Source: Thermodesulfovibrionia bacterium
Lineage (GTDB): Bacteria > Nitrospirota > Thermodesulfovibrionia > UBA6902
Reading direction: 5' to 3'
DNA length: 46,452 bases
NCBI GenBank assembly: GCA_038918635.1
Contig: JBCKZY010000004.1
Coordinates: 1-46,452, forward strand
Numbering within the stretch: position 1 is the stretch's first letter; each line of letters starts with the position of its first letter. Shown one piece after another: positions 9,027 to 17,085 of this stretch. The notes under the pieces are model-generated. The model had not been told where the DNA came from. It was given only the letters and a program-made list of their open reading frames with translations, and ran no database searches. The position numbers and the translations under genes are program-made.

Positions 9027-9389
9027 CTTTTTGAGAGAGGCAATATAGGAATTCAGAATCTTCAAAAGTTCATATGCATCTTTCTTATAATTATTACAAA
9101 TATTTTCATCTATATACTCTTCATCAAAACACTCATTGAAATCATCTATTAATTCAAATAAAGAACCTCTCGATTGTCTGCAATATTGAATATTCTCTTT
9201 ATAATGAAAACGACCATATCCTTCTGCTATATTGTTTGTGAGAGAAAGCTTTGCCCTTCTCATTTGATCTTTTAATCTGAATTTTTCAATTTCCGGCAGT
9301 TGTTTTATCAGTTTACTGATTTTTCTGCTAAATTCTCTTGCTTTTTGATAAACGAATAATTCTTCAACACTTCGTATCTTTTTGTCCAT
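9009..9389 (-). CDS. Four helix bundle protein (23S rRNA intervening-sequence protein / bAvd-like family)
   Basis: L.VYQKA, LPEIEKFRLKDQMRRA..S...NIAEGYGR, YCRQSRGSL.E. Confidence 0.92.
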   Translation of the reverse strand: MDKKIRSVEELFVYQKAREFSRKISKLIKQLPEIEKFRLKDQMRRAKLSLTNNIAEGYGRFHYKENIQYCRQSRGSLFELIDDFNECFDEEYIDENICNNYKKDAYELLKILNSYIASLKKSSSTT

Positions 9390-9400
9390 CTGTTTTCTTT

Positions 9401-9465
9401 AATAACTTAATGACTTAATAACTTTAATAACTTAGTAACTTGATAATTTAATAACTCAGTGACTG
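9401..9465. repeat. Tandem octamer array (AATAACTT consensus, 8 units), inverted relative to the 8971-9026 array
   Basis: aataactt aatgactt aataactt (t) aataactt agtaactt gataattt aataactc agtgactg. Confidence 0.85.
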
Positions 9466-9482
9466 TGTAAGTATATTATGCT

Positions 9483-10475
9483 TCAGCAAATTCTCGGCAG
9501 CATCTCCTCATCAAGCATGTCCAGGGGCCTTAAACCGCCTATCAATGTCTTTAACCTGACACCACTGAACTCTGATGAAATATCGCCTATCAGTGCGGTC
9601 TTCTCCCCTAAAGGATGCTCACGCAGGATTCCCATAACCTCTTCAGCGGCCTCCCCTGAGGTTATGATGAGCGCTTTGCCTTCGTTTGCAATGTAGAGAG
9701 GGTCATAACCTAGCATGTCGGAGATAAAACGGACATCCTCCCTGACCGGAATGCTATTTTCACGTATCTCAACTCCCAGACCGGAACTCTCCGCGAGTTC
9801 GGCAAGAACAGTTGCTACCCCCCCGCGGGTGGGGTCCCTCATCCATCTGACGCCTTTAATATCAAACAGGGGCATAAGCAGTTCTTTAAGTGACGCGCAA
9901 TCACTCTTCACTTCGGCATCAATCTCAAAACCGTCTCTTGACAGGGCTATCGCGGTGCCGTGATCTCCGATATCACCCGTAACGATCACTCTATCACCAG
10001 CGGAGACATCTTTTATGAGGAGCGGCCTTACGACTCTGCCGACGCCTGTTGTATTGATATATATACCGTCGCATTTACCCCTCTCGACAACTTTTGTATC
10101 GCCTGCCACTATTCTGACGGAAGCCTCACGCGATGCTTTTCCCATGCTTGATATGATCTCCTCAAGGCTTTCAATTGAAAAACCCTCTTCGATTACAAGT
10201 CCGACGGTGAGGTATTCAGGAACAGCTCCGCTGACTGCAAGGTCGTTTATTGTGCCGCAGACAGAGAGCTTGCCTATATCACCGCCCGGGAAGAAGAGGG
10301 GACGTATTACATAGGAGTCAGTGGTTATGGCTGTTTCAGCGCCATTGAGTTTAATGTATGATGCGTCTTCAAGGGGGCTTAATTCATCTGAGACAAGGTG
10401 TTTCAGGATGATGTCCCTGATTAGTTCCCTTGTGAGACTTCCTCCGCTTCCGTGTCCGATGCCTATTGTTTTCAT
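9483..10475 (-). CDS. hypE: Carbamoyl dehydratase HypE
   Basis: HGSGG, TTDSYV, GGDIGKLSVCGTINDLAVSGA, GDTKVV, MRDPTRGG and the diagnostic C-terminal PRIC. Confidence 0.97.
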   Translation of the reverse strand: MKTIGIGHGSGGSLTRELIRDIILKHLVSDELSPLEDASYIKLNGAETAITTDSYVIRPLFFPGGDIGKLSVCGTINDLAVSGAVPEYLTVGLVIEEGFSIESLEEIISSMGKASREASVRIVAGDTKVVERGKCDGIYINTTGVGRVVRPLLIKDVSAGDRVIVTGDIGDHGTAIALSRDGFEIDAEVKSDCASLKELLMPLFDIKGVRWMRDPTRGGVATVLAELAESSGLGVEIRENSIPVREDVRFISDMLGYDPLYIANEGKALIITSGEAAEEVMGILREHPLGEKTALIGDISSEFSGVRLKTLIGGLRPLDMLDEEMLPRIC

Positions 10476-10485
10476 ATAAGTTTTT

Positions 10486-10866
10486 TAGCCACGAATTTAC
10501 ACGAATAATATATATATTTCCAGTGCTGTCCAAAATAATATAAGTTTCTAAAACTGATTCTTACAACAAAAGGCATTTGGATGTGTTAATCCACAATATC
10601 AAAATGAGGTTACCCCCTATGTCTCGTTTGATGTTCATTATGCTGTCCAGGATAATCATATCACATGATGAATAAACAATTATCTTAAAATCCCCCTTTC
10701 TCCCCCTCGGAACGAGCCTACTCGGCTTTTTCTCCGCACTCAGGCGGATTTGCCGAGGCGAAAAAGGGGGGCGAGCCGGAATGACAGAATAAAGGAAATA
10801 TCAGTAAGAATCTCCAGATATTAATACAAATTACTTTTCGTGAATATTCGTGCACATTCGTGGCTA
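10486..10866. mobile_element. 381-bp non-coding insert bracketed by 22-bp inverted repeats, with internal nested hairpins
   Basis: TAGCCACGAATTTACACGAATA (10486-10507) versus the reverse complement of 10845-10866, TAGCCACGAATGTGCACGAATA (2 mismatches). GC-rich hairpin block at ~10690-10787. Confidence 0.55.
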
Positions 10867-10879
10867 ATTACCGAGTTCA

Positions 10880-11590
10880 TTAGTGGCTGATTAAATTCTT
10901 TTTTAATAACTCAAACCACTCTTCCATCCCTTCACCTTTTGTTGCCGATGTTACCAATATTTCAAGGTTAGGATTTAGCGCCAGCGCGTCTTTCTTTATC
11001 TTCTCAATATCGAAATCGAAATATTGAAGAAGGTCGGATTTAGATATGATGAGCACCTGTGAAGTTATGATAGCCTTAGGATATTTAACAGGCTTATCAT
11101 GCCCTTCGGGAACGGATATCAGGACTACTCTGATATGCTCGCCAAGGTCAAAAAATGAAGGACAGACAAGATTGCCGACATTTTCTATAAAGAGGATGTC
11201 GAGTTTTTTGCCGTTCAGCTGTTGTTCCAGTTTATGAAATCCCTTGTGTATAAGTCTGGACTCAAGATGACATGCTCCCCCGGTAGTTAACTGAACAGCA
11301 GGCGCCCCTTTCTCCCTGATCCTTTCAGCGTCAAGCTCAGTCTCTATATCACCTTCCAGCACGCCGATTGATATATCATTTCCTAAAATCTCGATGGTCT
11401 TCTCCAGCAGAGTTGTTTTGCCGGAGCCGGGTGAGCTTATAAGGTTTATCGCGAGAATACCCTTTTCATTGAAGTGCTTTCTGTTGCTGGCGGCTTCTTC
11501 TTTATTTGCTTTAAGCAGACTCTGATTAACTTCAACAGTCTTCTTCTCTCTAATGGTCTTTGTATCGTCACATCCGCAAGAGTCGCACAT
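10880..11590 (-). CDS. hypB: Hydrogenase nickel incorporation GTPase HypB
   Basis: N-terminal MCDSCGC (start at 11590, GGAG upstream; the ORF track extends to 11608). Also SSPGSGKTTLLE, TGGACH, ENVGNLVCP and SKSD. Confidence 0.97.
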   Translation of the reverse strand: MCDSCGCDDTKTIREKKTVEVNQSLLKANKEEAASNRKHFNEKGILAINLISSPGSGKTTLLEKTIEILGNDISIGVLEGDIETELDAERIREKGAPAVQLTTGGACHLESRLIHKGFHKLEQQLNGKKLDILFIENVGNLVCPSFFDLGEHIRVVLISVPEGHDKPVKYPKAIITSQVLIISKSDLLQYFDFDIEKIKKDALALNPNLEILVTSATKGEGMEEWFELLKKNLISH

Positions 11591-11606
11591 CCCTGAGCTC
11601 CATATC

Positions 11607-11699
11607 AAAAATTAAAAATAAAAGATCAAAGATAAGGTGTTTATTTTTATATAAAACCTTCCATGATTTTGATTTTTAATCTTTGATGTTTTATATTTT
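11607..11699. repeat. Short A-rich / T-rich degenerate arrays in inverted arrangement with no gene between them
   Basis: AAAATTAAAAATAAAAGATCAAAGA ... ATTTTGATTTTTAATCTTTGATGTTTT between hypA and hypB. Confidence 0.45.
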
Positions 11700-11701
11700 C
11701 T

Positions 11702-12058
11702 TTATACTTCCAATTCCATCTTTGCTATATCCACCTCTTCTCCGGAGAGGAGGTTCAGGTTAAACGATTTACAGTCAGGACATGGAGGGAAAAAAATGTC
11801 ATCTGTTTCAAATTTCTTTTTGCAATCATTACATTCGTATATTAATGGGATTTCCTCTATTAACAGTTCTGCTGAAGAGAGAAGCGGATACTCAAGCTTA
11901 ACCGCGTCAAACGCGAATTTCATGGAGTCTATGACGATACCTGATTTCCTGCCGATCTTCAGGTTAAGAGAAGTAACCTTCAAGGCATTATTCTCACCGG
12001 CAATCCGGGTTGCTTCGTTGACCATGCCCATGACTATTGAGAATTCATGCACGCTCAT
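11702..12058 (-). CDS. hypA: Hydrogenase nickel metallochaperone HypA
   Basis: N-terminal HEFSI, two CxxC zinc motifs (CNDC, CPDC) and C-terminal SGEE...MELE. Confidence 0.95.
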   Translation of the reverse strand: MSVHEFSIVMGMVNEATRIAGENNALKVTSLNLKIGRKSGIVIDSMKFAFDAVKLEYPLLSSAELLIEEIPLIYECNDCKKKFETDDIFFPPCPDCKSFNLNLLSGEEVDIAKMELEV

Positions 12059-12290
12059 CCTCCTCGTCCATGAGCCTCAGCAGTTCATCAAACCCTTCCC
12101 ATATTTCATCGGCCCTTATCTTGTCCAGCTTTTCTATGGCAAATCCTACATGAACGACCACGTAATCACCTATCCTCACATCACTTTCCTGTAGGAGTTG
12201 CAGACCTATATTTCTGGTAACACCCCTTGCTTCAGCCACACCTGATGGGTAGTTGATTTCAACTAACTGCATTGGAACGCCTACGCACAT
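12045..12290 (-). CDS. hypC: Hydrogenase assembly chaperone HypC
   Basis: MCVGVP N-terminus and GDYVVVHVGFAI. Overlaps the hypA start. Confidence 0.97.
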   Translation of the reverse strand: MCVGVPMQLVEINYPSGVAEARGVTRNIGLQLLQESDVRIGDYVVVHVGFAIEKLDKIRADEIWEGFDELLRLMDEEDERA

Positions 12291-12350
12291 ATATTATCTC
12301 CGAATATTTATTAATACTTATTAGACTTTTCCGGCTTATGTATGGGGAAC

Positions 12351-12427
12351 CCTCCCCTAACCCCTCCCTTGTCGAAGCGACCCTTTGCGGAGACCCGCTT
12401 CGGGAGGGGAGGGGTTAGGGGAGGGTG
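12351..12427. repeat. GC-rich palindromic repeat (CCCTCCCC..GGGGAGGG type) with an inner CGAAGCG..CGCTTCG insert; left flank of the DUF559 cassette
   Basis: 12366-12409 is the reverse complement of 13039-13082 (44 bp, 1 mismatch). Confidence 0.8.
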
Positions 12428-12447
12428 ACTCAAACAATTTCCTCGTA

Positions 12448-13007
12448 TCACCTTTCTAATACGCCTTCCATATTAGTCAGCACCTCATTATTCCAGAACC
12501 TTAAGACCTTAACCCGCATATTGCATGAAGGATTCGGGTTCAGAGTGAATTTCGCACAGCAGGTTGCGTGATCGTCCGCGGAAGCATAGCCATAGCTATG
12601 GTTCAAGAGGGATCGTGCAAGATGCACAGCGAGATTTGCTTTGAAACCGGATAGGCACAAAGTGTAATCTCCCCTGCAACGTGCTTAGCCTGCATTTTGT
12701 CTTATTATCATGAAAATAACAGTTAGTCTATCTGCCGCCTTTATGCAATATGCGGGTTAAAGCCCTCCGAAGTGAGCCATGCGTCTCTTTCTTTGTCTTT
12801 AGTATTGTATGCGTGCTGCCCGCCGTCCGCCTCTATCACCAATGATTTCTCAAGACATATAAAATCAACAACATAATTGCCAATTGGCTGCTGCCTCCTG
12901 AATTTGAGTCCCTCCATCTGTTTTGCCCTTAAATGTCTCCATATCAGTTTTTCAGCATCTGTTTGACTTTTTCTAAGGGCCTTGGCTGTATTGACCAGCT
13001 TTTTCAT
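12448..13007 (-). pseudogene. DUF559 (Vsr-like / PD-(D/E)xK) endonuclease, interrupted by a 244-bp MITE
   Basis: AKALRKSQTDAEKLIW, KFRRQQPIGNYVVDF, EADGGQH and ERDAWL. Removing 12513-12760 restores EGF-KVLRFWNNEVLTNMEGVLE. A further likely frameshift lies near 12450. Confidence 0.9.
12513..12756. mobile_element. Non-autonomous MITE, 244 bp, 19-bp TIRs, TTAA target-site duplication (possibly IS1380-family derived)
   Basis: CCCGCATATTGCATGAAGG versus right end reverse-complemented CCCGCATATTGCATAAAGG. TTAA at 12509-12512 and 12757-12760. The empty site rebuilds the DUF559 frame. Confidence 0.88.
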
Positions 13008-13020
13008 TAATTCTGATACA

Positions 13021-13142
13021 CCCCCACCCTAACCCTCCCCCCTCCCGAAGCGGGTCTCCGCGAAGGGTCGCTTCGACAAGGGGGAGGGAACTTTTATATC
13101 ACTACCCTCGCACCTCAAAGGGGAGGGAACTTTTATATCACT
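13021..13142. repeat. Right palindromic flank of the DUF559 cassette plus a 23-bp direct repeat
   Basis: Inverted copy of the 12351-12427 unit. GGGGAGGGAACTTTTATATCACT occurs at 13081-13103 and 13120-13142. Confidence 0.8.
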
Positions 13143-13719
13143 TCAAGGTTCCACACAAAACCCGGATGAGCCATTAATATGAAAGTGGGGTTTCACCCCA
13201 CACCCCGAAAATATTTTTTTGTTCATTATTGCGTGCCATGAACCGTATGGTACACGGCGTGCCCAATAACAAACAATGGGGATATCGGAAAATGAAACCC
13301 TGAAGCCCCGTTTCGCGTGCGGGGCTGCAGGGTCGTAACAGCCTGAATTTTACAACCGTATTACTACAGGGCCTCTTCGCCCTTTTCTCCTGTCCTGATT
13401 CGTAACTTGTTGTATTTAAATGTAACTTATTACAATCTAACCATATTATTTTGTAGTTATTCTACATTATTGTAGCTTCATCTGTGTTTATTGATTATTA
13501 TACCGGGTTATTATTCAGGCAGGAATGGGGGGTAATTATATTAACCCCAGAATACAAAGAGAGCACGTTTGCAGGTATAAATATGAAAGGTTATATTATG
13601 CGGTTTTCTGAATATACTTTATAAGCCGCATGCACCCTCCCCCTTCAATGCAATTAGCTGGTATAATTATCCATTCGTCAAAACTCCTTAATTGAGCAGT
13701 TTATAAAAGGCAAACGCGT

Positions 13720-14799
13720 ATGTTAATTCACAGGTCGGTATTTAAGGAACTCTTAATAAACAGTCTGGTGATCATCCTGTCTATGTCGGTGCTGCTGTTT
13801 ATGGAAAAGTTTGTCCGGCTCACGAGGGTGTTGATGGGTAAGGGCTCTGAGTTTACCGATGTCATGAAGGTGTTCTTTTATCTTCAGCCATCACTTTTGC
13901 TGTTGTCGATACCTATGGCGGTGCTTGTAGCCATATTCCTGACATACGGCAGGATGGCCGCTGACAGCGAACTGGTTATACTGAAAGGGAGCGGAATGAG
14001 CTTCCCCGTCATATCAAAGTCGGCTATCGCTATCTCGGTTTACGGTTTTTTCATCCTGCTCTTCATTAGCCTTTATCTTAATCCACTAAGCATAAGCCAT
14101 TATAAACAGACACTGCATGAATCAATTACAAAGAAGGCATCCATGATCCTTGAGGAAGAGACTTTCCTTGATGTGTTTAAGAATACCGTTATATATGTCA
14201 AGGAAATCTCGTCAAAGAACAGCTTCAGGGGTATATTTATTTACAGGGAAAAAGACTCACGCGTAAAAGATCCACTGGTGATCATCGCTGAGGATGGAGA
14301 AATTACATCAAACTATAAAGAAGGATTGATAAAGCTCCTGCTGCGTAATGGAGTAATCCACACAGCAGGGCAAAATGGCTCATCAGAGATATCATTTTCA
14401 GAGTATGATTTTATTCTCACGTCAGGGATAGAGGTATCGCTGAATACAAAACTTCATGAGATACCTTTTATGGACCTCTGGAGAGACCGCAAGGAAAAGA
14501 TTTTATGGCAAATAGAGCTTAACAAACGGTTTGCAATGCCATTTGCATGTCTTATCTTCGGCATTTTAGGCCCCGCAATCTCAAGCAGAATGGGCAGGAT
14601 AGGACGCCTGGGCGGATTCTCATTTAGCCTGTCTCTGATCATTATTTACTACGGGATGCTCATCATGGGAGAGGGTCTTGCCAAAGCAGAGAAAGTATCA
14701 CCACATATCGGGGTATGGATGCCAAACCTGTTTTTTGGAACTATAGCAATTATTATCTTCTACATAGCTTCTAAAGATGCGCCGGCAAAAAAACTTTAA
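13720..14799 (+). CDS. lptF: LPS export ABC transporter permease LptF
   Basis: YjgP/YjgQ layout (3 TM, periplasmic beta-jellyroll, 3 TM), with GRMAADSELVILKGSG, ELNKRFAMPF and GVWMPN. Confidence 0.88.
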   Translation: MLIHRSVFKELLINSLVIILSMSVLLFMEKFVRLTRVLMGKGSEFTDVMKVFFYLQPSLLLLSIPMAVLVAIFLTYGRMAADSELVILKGSGMSFPVISKSAIAISVYGFFILLFISLYLNPLSISHYKQTLHESITKKASMILEEETFLDVFKNTVIYVKEISSKNSFRGIFIYREKDSRVKDPLVIIAEDGEITSNYKEGLIKLLLRNGVIHTAGQNGSSEISFSEYDFILTSGIEVSLNTKLHEIPFMDLWRDRKEKILWQIELNKRFAMPFACLIFGILGPAISSRMGRIGRLGGFSFSLSLIIIYYGMLIMGEGLAKAEKVSPHIGVWMPNLFFGTIAIIIFYIASKDAPAKKL

Positions 14800-14814
14800 G
14801 GACCTGAAATAACA

Positions 14815-15885
14815 ATGAAGATTCTGTTGAGATATTTTTTTAAAGAGTTTTTCAAGCTCTTCATGATAGTTTTACTCAGCATGACCGCCATGATGGTCAT
14901 TGCAGAGTTTTTCGACAAAATTGATATGTTCTATTCAAAAAAAGCGCCTGCATCCATTATGCTTCAGTATTTTGTGCTCCTCTCCCCCAAATACATACTT
15001 TACTCGGCCCCAATAGCCTCATTACTGGCCATACTGGTCACAATAGGAAGGGCCTCAAAATGGAAAGAGACAGTGGCCATAAAGGCATCAGGAGGAAGCC
15101 TGAAGAGAATTTTTTCAGCATTTCTCATACTCGGGGTTCTTATAAGCTTTATTGCCCTGCTTTTCGGTGAAATCGTTGTTCCCGCAGCAGTAAGAAAAGC
15201 CATATGGGTAAAGGATACAAAGATACTGAAACAGTCACGGAAAATATCCTTCAGAAGAAAAGCCCTGTGGCTCAAAGGAATCGACGGCAGCCTTATACGT
15301 ATCAGGAGCTTTGTGGAGAACGAGAACAAGGTGATTGGGGTTGGCATATATGTCTTCAACCCGTCTTTCGATATTGAGAAGAGGATTGAGGCGGAAGAGG
15401 CAGAATGGGTAGACGGCATATGGAGACTCAAGAATGTGACGGTATTTGATTTCAGTAACGATACCATATCAAAACACGATTCACTAACTTCACATGCCAT
15501 TGAAGAACCTGAGATATTCAGGGAAGAGATGAAAAAACCTGAAGAGATGAACTTCATGGAACTTCACAGATATTACAGCAGGCTTGAGAAGGCAGGTTTC
15601 AGGAACGTAAAGTATGTAATGCGACTATATGAAAAACTCTCCTACCCAACGGTCAATTTTGTTATGATCCTGTTCGGGCTTACTCTCTCCCTTAATGCAA
15701 GATGGGGAGGAGGTATCAGGTCTGCCGGGCTCGGGATCGCCATAAGCGTAATATACTGGCTTATTTATTCAATGAGCATATCCCTTGGCAATACAGGCAT
15801 GGTCCCCCCGTGGTTTGCACCATGGATCAGCCCTTTAATCTTCGGAATTGCGGGAAGTGTTATGTATATAAGGATAAAAGAGTGA
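14815..15885 (+). CDS. lptG: LPS export ABC transporter permease LptG
   Basis: Second YjgP/YjgQ paralogue directly after lptF, with ETVAIKASGGS, A..A.WVDG.W, KLSYP and APWISP. Confidence 0.88.
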   Translation: MKILLRYFFKEFFKLFMIVLLSMTAMMVIAEFFDKIDMFYSKKAPASIMLQYFVLLSPKYILYSAPIASLLAILVTIGRASKWKETVAIKASGGSLKRIFSAFLILGVLISFIALLFGEIVVPAAVRKAIWVKDTKILKQSRKISFRRKALWLKGIDGSLIRIRSFVENENKVIGVGIYVFNPSFDIEKRIEAEEAEWVDGIWRLKNVTVFDFSNDTISKHDSLTSHAIEEPEIFREEMKKPEEMNFMELHRYYSRLEKAGFRNVKYVMRLYEKLSYPTVNFVMILFGLTLSLNARWGGGIRSAGLGIAISVIYWLIYSMSISLGNTGMVPPWFAPWISPLIFGIAGSVMYIRIKE

Positions 15886-15956
15886 TACATAGAGGGTTCA
15901 AGGATTCGAGGGTTCCAGGGTTCTTCGCCTCAGCGAATCCCGATACATCGGGAAAT

Positions 15957-16166
15957 GGTTCAAGTGTTTGTACTCTTTAGATTCAACTAAAAACTTAAGC
16001 ATCCTCTCCACTATTCTTATATCTTTTTGAAGAACTTTCAACGTCTTGCTTTCATTATGAGTACACAGGTCACTGCTTTGGAGAATCCCTTTGCTCTTTT
16101 ACAAATCTCTAGACATAACTGGTAAGTCTTTTGCCAAACTTTTAAGTCCTCGCAATTCTTAAGCCT
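15957..16166 (-). pseudogene. Degenerate, internally deleted four helix bundle gene flanked by inverted octamer arrays
   Basis: With frameshifts the minus strand reads LKNCEDLK-VWQKTYQLCLEICKRAKGFSK ... LKVLQKDIRIVERMLKFLVESKEYKHLN. These match the two ends of this family, with the middle missing. GGGTTCRA/GGATTCRA arrays at 15892-15924 and inverse arrays at 16169-16196. Confidence 0.65.
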
Positions 16167-16272
16167 TTCACTAGAACCCCAGACCCCTTGAATCCTAATG
16201 CTCATTACAACTTCTATGACAGATAACGATAAACGCTGAATCTGATTTTAATCACCTATTGGACTTCAGAGA

Positions 16273-16932
16273 TTAGCCTATCTCTTCCATTATCCGAACC
16301 CCTGAACTGGTACCTATACGTGTTGCGCCTGCTTTGACAAAGGCTTTAACATCTTTAAGACTCTTTATGCCGCCAGACGCCTTTATACCCACCGCGCCCT
16401 TTGTTGCAGATCTTATAAGTTCAACGTCTTTCACAACCGCCCCTGAAGGAGCAAAACCGGTTGATGTCTTTACAAATTCACCTCCCGCATTCATTACAGC
16501 TAAAGAAGCCCTTACCTTTTCATCATCTTTAAGATAAGCGGTCTCGATAATTATCTTGTGCGTTACCCCCGGGGTGGCCGCTATAACAAGTGCTATCTCT
16601 TTTTCCACGGCTTCCCATTTATTTGCCCTTGCCAATCCTGGATTAATGACGATGTCAAGTTCATCAGCGCCATTGAGAACAGACTCAATCGCCTCGTAAA
16701 CCTTGACCTTTGTAAGTGACGTTCCAAGTGGAAAACCTATTACCGTTGCGACCTTAACGCCGGTTTTCGATAGCACCTCCGCTGCTTTTTCAACAAAAGA
16801 AGGATTAATGCAGACAGAGAAAAATCCATATTTTTTCGCCTCCTCACATAGCATTACTATTTCTTCTTCGGTAGCATCCGCCCTGAGAAGCGTATGGTCT
16901 ATCAGTCCGGCAATTTCGAGTCTGTTCTTCAT
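16273..16932 (-). CDS. deoC: Deoxyribose-phosphate aldolase
   Basis: IDHTLL, VCINP, TVIGFPLG, GADELDIV, KIIIET, FVKTSTGF, IKASGGI and RIGTSSG. Confidence 0.97.
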   Translation of the reverse strand: MKNRLEIAGLIDHTLLRADATEEEIVMLCEEAKKYGFFSVCINPSFVEKAAEVLSKTGVKVATVIGFPLGTSLTKVKVYEAIESVLNGADELDIVINPGLARANKWEAVEKEIALVIAATPGVTHKIIIETAYLKDDEKVRASLAVMNAGGEFVKTSTGFAPSGAVVKDVELIRSATKGAVGIKASGGIKSLKDVKAFVKAGATRIGTSSGVRIMEEIG

Positions 16933-16951
16933 ATTTTCAGTTGTCGTGTTG

Positions 16952-17085
16952 CCTGTTCCTTATCACCTATTACCAATAACCTATGACCTGTTTTATATTA
17001 CCTGTTTTTGTTACCTGTTCCTTATCACCCATAACCTATTACCTCTGACCTGTTTTTTATCCCCCATTACCCATAACCAATAACC
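16952..17085. repeat. Heptamer tandem arrays (CTATTAC/CCATAAC/CAATAAC) in two ~43-bp blocks plus a partial third
   Basis: CCTGTTCCTTATCACCTATTACCAATAACCTATGACCTGTTTT (16952-16994) and its near copy at 17014-17056. The third block overlaps the aminotransferase C-terminus. Confidence 0.75.

Noticed and set aside
9009-9389. Diversity-generating retroelement, suggested by the Avd-like four-helix-bundle gene
   Set aside because: No reverse transcriptase and no TR/VR pair with adenine-specific mismatches in the window. The 432-bp duplication at 29940-30770 is an in-frame domain repeat whose differences are not A-restricted.
12448-12660. 70-aa ORF as a separate gene
   Set aside because: It is a chimera of MITE sequence and the displaced DUF559 C-terminus.
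13081-13142. 23-bp direct repeat pair as a mini-CRISPR
   Set aside because: Only two copies, the 16-bp spacer is a degenerate hairpin arm, and there are no cas genes. It belongs to the DUF559 flank.
13222-13238. Sigma-54 promoter (TGGCAC on the minus strand) upstream of the hyp genes
   Set aside because: The -12 element reads AATG instead of TTGC, so the GG-N10-GC spacing is not met.
13160-13340. Riboswitch or ncRNA in the hairpin-rich region between DUF559 and lptF (e.g. stem 13297-13333)
   Set aside because: Hairpins are present, but I recognise no conserved riboswitch or tRNA motif. An Infernal/Rfam scan would be needed.
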